64,000 nucleotides of DNA from a virus. The notes beneath the pieces are model-generated. The model made no database searches, was not told where the DNA came from, and saw only the letters and a list, made by a program, of their open reading frames with translations. This document shows positions 58,523 through 64,000 of the stretch, in pieces. Position 1 is the first letter of the stretch; each line of letters opens with the position of its first letter. A program made the translations under genes and the position numbers. Location: positions 1 through 64,000 of the IMG/VR virus record IMGVR_UViG_3300001681_000071; one strand, 5' to 3'.

Positions 58523-59167
58523 ATGGACCTCGTAACTATTACGTCCACGCTCAAAGGGGCTGTACGTGGCAGAAGACCAAACCGGAAAGCATACGGAAGA
58601 CACAGAGTTATATCTGCAATCGACGTAGGTTTCCGATACAGAGAGGTATTAAAAACCTCTTGCGACATTATTTATAGCGATAGATTTTATGACCTTTTAA
58701 TGGACAAATTGGACGCTGAAGGCATATTTGTAAAACGGGAAGATTGTGATTCGTTAATAGAGGCACAACACGACAAAATGAAATCCCAAATGACCGATAA
58801 TTGGGGGGTTAAAGAGTCAATTTATGCTCCAGCCCCATACTTCGGCATGGGATTCAAACGCCACAAGGAAACAGGTGGAATATACGTTGCTGGGCTACAA
58901 ATTTGCGAGAAAGTGGTAAACCATGACCCGAACGGAAGTATACCTGCTCCGAATTCCAAGGCAGCAACAATCGTAAAACGGTCAATAAGTGGCTTGATCC
59001 CGTTGGGAATATATAGAACCTATAAAGTAATAGACGTAGTAGAGGGGATAAGAATTCCAACAGCCGAGTGGAAAACAGGTCAAGATGCTTTGGAAATGCT
59101 CCTTATCAACGGTCTAAACCAAGCCAACAAACAATACAAAACTTTTTTAACACTGAAAGGGGAATAA
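58523..59167 (+). CDS. hypothetical protein (inverted island)
   Basis: 214-aa ORF with SD. Confidence 0.8.
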   Translation: MDLVTITSTLKGAVRGRRPNRKAYGRHRVISAIDVGFRYREVLKTSCDIIYSDRFYDLLMDKLDAEGIFVKREDCDSLIEAQHDKMKSQMTDNWGVKESIYAPAPYFGMGFKRHKETGGIYVAGLQICEKVVNHDPNGSIPAPNSKAATIVKRSISGLIPLGIYRTYKVIDVVEGIRIPTAEWKTGQDALEMLLINGLNQANKQYKTFLTLKGE

Positions 59168-59170
59168 GCA

Positions 59171-59524
59171 ATGGACCGGAATTATTCAGAAATATTTAAA
59201 GACTTAAACCAAATATTAACCAAGATAAAAGGACTAGGGCTCCTTGGCTATGAAGACAAATTTGCAATGTCACTATCATTTGGGCATGGAGTGAACAGGC
59301 GTAGTGGATATATAAATATCCATGTATTTGAAAAAGTGTTCACAGATATAGTTAGCAAGTTCAATCTTGCAAGTAAGGTTGAATTTTGCAATAGCTCTGG
59401 CAGTAGCGGACACCATGTTGAATTATATTTAGAAGAATACGATATAATGCTCACATCTATTCTCCCCTTTAAAGAAAAACCCGAAGACTTAAAGACCGAA
59501 TACTTTGGTGTATCCAATGTATGA
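59171..59524 (+). CDS. hypothetical protein
   Basis: 117-aa coupled ORF. Confidence 0.7.
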   Translation: MDRNYSEIFKDLNQILTKIKGLGLLGYEDKFAMSLSFGHGVNRRSGYINIHVFEKVFTDIVSKFNLASKVEFCNSSGSSGHHVELYLEEYDIMLTSILPFKEKPEDLKTEYFGVSNV

Positions 59525-59789
59525 AGTAGGAAAGATAATACAAAGTCCCGATAGATTTTTTGTCTGCGTAAGAATTAGAAACAAATGGGGCGTTCCATAC
59601 AGTCTCCGGAAAAGGATTGGTCCTTTGGAGATTAAAGAAGCGCACCAAACTCTTTCTAAATCCATAGAGAAATATGGCTGCAACTACGAGATAGTAATTG
59701 AGCCAGCAACACATGTAGATAGAACTGCTGATAGCTGTCATAACAGCATCATCCAAAACCATGAGGTTAACAATGACTCATCCCCTTAA
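59517..59789 (+). CDS. hypothetical protein
   Basis: Coupled ORF. Confidence 0.55.
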   Translation: MYEVGKIIQSPDRFFVCVRIRNKWGVPYSLRKRIGPLEIKEAHQTLSKSIEKYGCNYEIVIEPATHVDRTADSCHNSIIQNHEVNNDSSP

Positions 59790-59976
59790 TTCTATGCGCT
59801 ATGTGAGATTAGCAGAGCGCCTAAACGAAACATTGCGCTTGGTGAATACATATCTGCAACTTCGCATAGAAGAAGTAAAAACAAATTTGTCAGCACGACA
59901 GCTTGCCGACCTAACAAAGATAACGAACATAGATGAAGTTATCAAAGACTGCGACCAAGCAAGCCCTATAAATTGA
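59773..59976 (+). CDS. hypothetical protein
   Basis: SD GAGG, coupled ORF. Confidence 0.6.
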   Translation: MTHPLNSMRYVRLAERLNETLRLVNTYLQLRIEEVKTNLSARQLADLTKITNIDEVIKDCDQASPIN

Positions 59977-60189
59977 TAAATATTTCCGTGAATAGAGCCA
60001 GCGATTGGTCGCCTCATCATATGGTGTCTATGCAAGGCTTAACAGCCTTACCTTCCCCAAAGACTCCAGTTGGATACGGAGTTTGCGAAAGCTAAACGTA
60101 ATGAGGTCTATCCATAAAGGCCAGCAGGTTTGCTTCATGTAGCCTGTTGGTCTTTTAAATTTTATAAACAAACCACAAACGAGACAGCC

Positions 60190-60813
60190 ATGATAAAAAA
60201 CATTAGCCGGAAAAAAAGGGGGGTAACTACAACGTGTGACTTCAAGGAGTACGAACCACACGGTAAGGGCGAGCTATTGCCACCAGAACTGCGCGAACGG
60301 ATGGACCTAACAACATGGGATTGGGACACACTCAGATACTTTCAAAGCTCTGTTTACCGTGTCTCCTTTTATGTTCAGCCTCCGGTGGAAGATGTACGAC
60401 CATTCCACTTTGGTCTACTAAGTTATAGGCGTAGAGATGGAAAGACCATCGGATCTTGGAGGGAAAAGCAGCTTATAAAAGATTGTATCGCTGGCACATT
60501 ATGTGAAGGAGCAGAACTATTCCCCTCTCATCTACGGCTACTGGATACCGCTAACCAGTATCATCTCTGGCTTATGCCTAGTGCGTCCCTAATGCCGTTT
60601 GGATACTTTCAGCTACGGTGTACTGACCAAGACGAAGAGGTAGTTAAGATGGGATCACTGGTAACAAAAAACAGATGCCCACAACAACCACGAAAGAGCC
60701 GCCATGACTATACCGAAGATGCCGGGTTTGGGCCGTATGGTCTTCTCGGTAAATGGTGGGAAGAATATGGGTATCCCACAACAGATTGGGACAAAAAGAT
60801 AGGGGCTAAATAG
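60190..60813 (+). CDS. conserved phage hypothetical protein (DUF7694-like)
   Basis: RRRDG..I.SW.EKQ.IKD..G...E..E.FP...RL.D.AN.YHLW. Confidence 0.65.
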   Translation: MIKNISRKKRGVTTTCDFKEYEPHGKGELLPPELRERMDLTTWDWDTLRYFQSSVYRVSFYVQPPVEDVRPFHFGLLSYRRRDGKTIGSWREKQLIKDCIAGTLCEGAELFPSHLRLLDTANQYHLWLMPSASLMPFGYFQLRCTDQDEEVVKMGSLVTKNRCPQQPRKSRHDYTEDAGFGPYGLLGKWWEEYGYPTTDWDKKIGAK

Positions 60814-60861
60814 CCCCTTAGATAACTGATGTAGCAAATTACAGCATCTCAGCCCAAGATT

Positions 60862-61500
60862 CTAAATCTTAGTATATCTGTCGATACGGATTAAGCTTTG
60901 ATGGTCAGACAATGCTAGACCATCCCAAGATTTTGTAACACCAAGGGCAGTAAATCCAAACCCAAATGAGTGTTCATCTTGACCAAACGGAGCAGTAAAC
61001 CCGGTAGTTGACTGACATTTCCAAACATAACAGTTGAGAGTATCGCCTGTAACTCCCATTTGGTGACGTATACTCATTGAAATATCAACATTCGTAGGAT
61101 CTCCGCCAAACCAAAACGCTTCGCCAGTGGCAAGAGCGGGTATATCCCAACCAGGAGGCTCTGATGACCCGGCTCCATACAAGAGTTCATCTTCATCATT
61201 GATACCAGAACCTAATGCCATCTTGAACCGAAGAAAATCCCATTCAATAGAGGTAAAGGTGATGTTTACCATTTGTTGTTGTTGAAAAGTGTAGACTACC
61301 TGACGAGGATTTCCTTGCATGATCTGTTTCTTCTCTGAAACCATCTCAAGGGATACGCCATCGTCACCAATAAATCCAACATCAACGGTGGGAGTTAATC
61401 CATTCGGAGAAGTCCCGCTTCCAGTGAATAAGGCCATCTTTAAGGTGGCAGGTCCGAAACTAATGTCATTGGTAGTTCCGCTTGGTAGATTAAGAGCCAT
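60862..61500 (-). CDS. major tail (tube) protein
   Basis: ISFGPATL...DVGFI.DDGV.L...F.F.ALG; located after the tail terminator. Confidence 0.75.
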   Translation of the reverse strand: MALNLPSGTTNDISFGPATLKMALFTGSGTSPNGLTPTVDVGFIGDDGVSLEMVSEKKQIMQGNPRQVVYTFQQQQMVNITFTSIEWDFLRFKMALGSGINDEDELLYGAGSSEPPGWDIPALATGEAFWFGGDPTNVDISMSIRHQMGVTGDTLNCYVWKCQSTTGFTAPFGQDEHSFGFGFTALGVTKSWDGLALSDHQSLIRIDRYTKI

Positions 61501-61532
61501 GATCTTCTCCCAAAAAAGATTTCATTTCAAAT

Positions 61533-61874
61533 TTATAAAGGATTTTCTTTAGTATATCGTACAACATTAACATGTGAACAAGAACGACAAATAATTTTTA
61601 GCTTGCCGCCAACGCCAGCAGTCCAGTAAGCATAAAAATCTTTGTATCTTATTCTCAATTCATCGCCCTCTGTATCGTATATCCCAAGCCTAAAGCTGCA
61701 CTTCTCACAATTCCATATCACATCATTGGTATGTAATGCATCAGTGCCATCAAGTTCTTGATTGCCATCTGTATTTTGCTGAGAAAGAACAGCCATTTGG
61801 ATTATCGTTGCAAGCTCTGACTCTATTGCTTGAATTTGTCGCTCTAATCTTTCTATGGATTTTCGTTCAGACAT
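61533..61874 (-). CDS. small coiled-coil + zinc-ribbon protein
   Basis: CEKC..RLG...CRSC...N. Confidence 0.65.
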   Translation of the reverse strand: MSERKSIERLERQIQAIESELATIIQMAVLSQQNTDGNQELDGTDALHTNDVIWNCEKCSFRLGIYDTEGDELRIRYKDFYAYWTAGVGGKLKIICRSCSHVNVVRYTKENPL

Positions 61875-61875
61875 A

Positions 61876-62289
61876 TTAACCAACAGTAACGGCTCTATAT
61901 ATCCCTCTAACAGCCCAACACTTCATCGCATCATTAAAAAGACCAAAGGGTCGCTCAGTCTCATACATGTATCCCTTCATGCTAATTCCAGTATGCGAAA
62001 GTCGTACACAATTAAGAGACTTGTATGCCAGGTCATAAACCGACTTGCTTTGAGAGGCAGAAATACGGCTATATGTGTATATCTGGATCTCAATATTCTG
62101 ACTACACATGGCGTAATTGGCTCTACCGCTACGGTTTTCTATGATAATCAATGGCATCTTAACTGTAGGTATATCGTAATCCATGAAGTGATCAGTATAA
62201 ATACGATCTTCCACAACAGAGTTTATGTTCGGATCAAGAAGCAATTGCATACGAATTAACTGGTCTACTATCTCTATCTCGTTTGACAT
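61876..62289 (-). CDS. tail terminator/completion protein
   Basis: L..D..I...V.DRIY......P.III...IQIYTYS; size and synteny. Confidence 0.7.
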   Translation of the reverse strand: MSNEIEIVDQLIRMQLLLDPNINSVVEDRIYTDHFMDYDIPTVKMPLIIIENRSGRANYAMCSQNIEIQIYTYSRISASQSKSVYDLAYKSLNCVRLSHTGISMKGYMYETERPFGLFNDAMKCWAVRGIYRAVTVG

Positions 62290-62783
62290 TATCCCCTTCC
62301 CTGACGCTTAATATGCCGTATAAGAGTCTTTTCAAATACCGAAGCTAGCTTTTGTTGTACGACAGGTTTAGTGGCCTCTCCACGAACCGGATCACGCGCA
62401 ACCATTATCTTGGTGCCTTCCCAAACATACAGCCTTGATTTCGGGATCCCAGAAGTAGGCCCAACCCGACCTTCTAATGTAAGACTGTTAACGTCAAAAC
62501 CAAGATACTTTAGAAAAACACCCTTTCTTTTATGAACCATGTGTGGCTCTAAATTTCCGGGTAAAGGAAAGCCTCCAGCCCACTTTGTGGCGTATGGGTG
62601 GTTAAGATACCGTAGTCGCATTTCCGATATATCTGTTCTGGAAGACGCTTCAACCGAATACTGTAGAAGCCTTTTTGTTGTAGCCCTTAGAGCAAGAACA
62701 ACAGCAAGATTTACACCTCTTTTAGACTTGCGAAGCTGATCACTTAGCCCCGATACATTTATTCTCAACTCTATCTTCGGCAT
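62289..62783 (-). CDS. putative neck/tail completion protein (HK97 gp10-like position)
   Basis: Basic protein with Y.WEGTKIMVARD; synteny. Confidence 0.55.
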   Translation of the reverse strand: MPKIELRINVSGLSDQLRKSKRGVNLAVVLALRATTKRLLQYSVEASSRTDISEMRLRYLNHPYATKWAGGFPLPGNLEPHMVHKRKGVFLKYLGFDVNSLTLEGRVGPTSGIPKSRLYVWEGTKIMVARDPVRGEATKPVVQQKLASVFEKTLIRHIKRQGRG

Positions 62784-64000
62784 CTTCTATCTCAATTGGC
62801 TTTACAAAAAACGTACCCTTCTCATCTACTTCTATTCTATCATAAGGAAAATCAGGAAGGTCTTGTTCTATCGTCGGTCTGAATTCTCCGGTATCTATGA
62901 TTGATTGAAGAGGAAATACTGACTCTAACTTCTCAATAAGTTCAAAACAGACTTTATGAAACGGGTGGCCTGGACCGAGCCTTTCAAATGTATGTTTAAA
63001 CATCAGATTCGACTTCCTACCAAGATGGTAAGCATATTCTTTGTATGGCAAAAAGGCTGTTCCAGCACACATACAGGCTCTTTCATAACAAGTTTCTGCC
63101 TTAGCCATTTGACCATCATTCACACATTGAAGACCCAAAGCAACCCAAGACCCACAATCCAAGGGATTCTTCTTCAATTCATTGAACAACATTGAATTGT
63201 ATTTTCCTAACTTGTGTGCCATATCTTTTGGTTTCCGCATTAGGCCGGTATTCACAGTGATAAACGGAGCATATTGAACATTGGGGAAAATCCCCATATC
63301 CATTAGTCTATTGAAAGCTTTTTCATACCCCTCATGCACTGAGCCTTCTACTTTTACAAGCCCAACATCATCCAATTTTACCATTCGTATCGTTTCGCTT
63401 CTTGACTCTTTCTTGTCTCCAGCATTTGTAGGATTGGTAAATCTAAACATCCATCCCCACACATCGTTAACCTCTGCCATCCGTTTGACAGCAGCAGTGA
63501 ATGGAGGTTGATCTTGTGGCACAATCTCATCAGGGTCCATTGATAGTACCCATCCAATTGTGCCTTTGTTTGTTTGCCTAAAGTGATCTATAGCTGCATT
63601 CCTACACGCGCCAAGACCTCCTTCAATGACAGCAAGCTCTTTATGTATGACCTCCACCCTGAATAACCTCATAAGTTGAGCCAAATTCCATGATGGGCCG
63701 GTCTTATACTTTTTGCTCCATTCTTCTTCTGTAGGCCAAGAAGCATGATTATCATCTTTAGCCCACTCCATATCTTCCTCTTCCCACTTGCCTGTCCATA
63801 CAAGAGCCAACCTATCGCAGATCCCGTAAAGCTCTATAAACCATCGTCCAATATGCGGGATTATCTCATCTTCATATGCCAACATGTACGCTGCAATACC
63901 GTTCCTTGGATTGTAAACAGAAACCGGGACATTCTCTTGCCTGACGATATGACTGTAATTCCCATCCAAGCCCACAAGCTTTGGGTTTTTTTCCTTGTCT
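62740..64000 (-). CDS. GT2-like glycosyltransferase with TPR-like C-terminus, 5' end outside the window
   Basis: GLGACRNAAI, WVLSMDPDE (DxD), GSVHE, TPR-like WVALG.......AE..YERA; frame open to the window edge. Confidence 0.7.
   Translation of the reverse strand, partial: DKEKNPKLVGLDGNYSHIVRQENVPVSVYNPRNGIAAYMLAYEDEIIPHIGRWFIELYGICDRLALVWTGKWEEEDMEWAKDDNHASWPTEEEWSKKYKTGPSWNLAQLMRLFRVEVIHKELAVIEGGLGACRNAAIDHFRQTNKGTIGWVLSMDPDEIVPQDQPPFTAAVKRMAEVNDVWGWMFRFTNPTNAGDKKESRSETIRMVKLDDVGLVKVEGSVHEGYEKAFNRLMDMGIFPNVQYAPFITVNTGLMRKPKDMAHKLGKYNSMLFNELKKNPLDCGSWVALGLQCVNDGQMAKAETCYERACMCAGTAFLPYKEYAYHLGRKSNLMFKHTFERLGPGHPFHKVCFELIEKLESVFPLQSIIDTGEFRPTIEQDLPDFPYDRIEVDEKGTFFVKPIEIEDAEDRVENKCIGAK

Noticed and set aside
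1-64000. tRNA/rRNA genes, integrase, DNA polymerase, alternative genetic code
   Set aside because: None recognised by eye. Long conserved genes are intact under code 11 with TAA, TAG and TGA all used as stops. tRNAscan-SE was not run

Overview
This window is a 64-kb segment of a tailed dsDNA bacteriophage genome (siphovirus-like, genetic code 11, host not identifiable). All family assignments come from motif recognition by eye, not database searches. Layout: (1) 1-4.9 kb: an isolated + strand gene, a structured and repetitive non-coding zone, and a putative terminase small subunit. (2) 4.9-23.6 kb (+): early/accessory region of many small genes. From 5.37 to 13.9 kb these genes are separated by about 14 copies of a conserved hairpin + TTTTAAnATGATTTATACTTTAC + AC-rich leader + SD element; a MoxR AAA/VWA module follows. 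(3) 23.6-31 kb: DNA-modification region. It holds a C5 methyltransferase whose motif IX lies in a nested alternative-frame ORF, an N6-adenine methyltransferase, and a translationally coupled six-gene operon: ParB-like, TET/JBP dioxygenase, P-loop kinase, sulfotransferase, amidinotransferase-fold enzyme, amino acid:DNA transferase. This operon looks like a post-replicative base hypermodification pathway with tailoring enzymes I do not know from characterised pathways. (4) 31.5-37.1 kb (-): primase-helicase, RuvC-like, SSB-like, Sak4-like ATPase, PD-(D/E)XK nuclease. (5) 37.4-39.2 kb: putative lysis genes interrupted by an MT-A70 methyltransferase. (6) 41-64 kb (-): tail module with tape measure, chaperones with a -1 frameshift, tail tube and neck genes. 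An inverted gene island interrupts it, and a GT2-like glycosyltransferase sits at the window edge.
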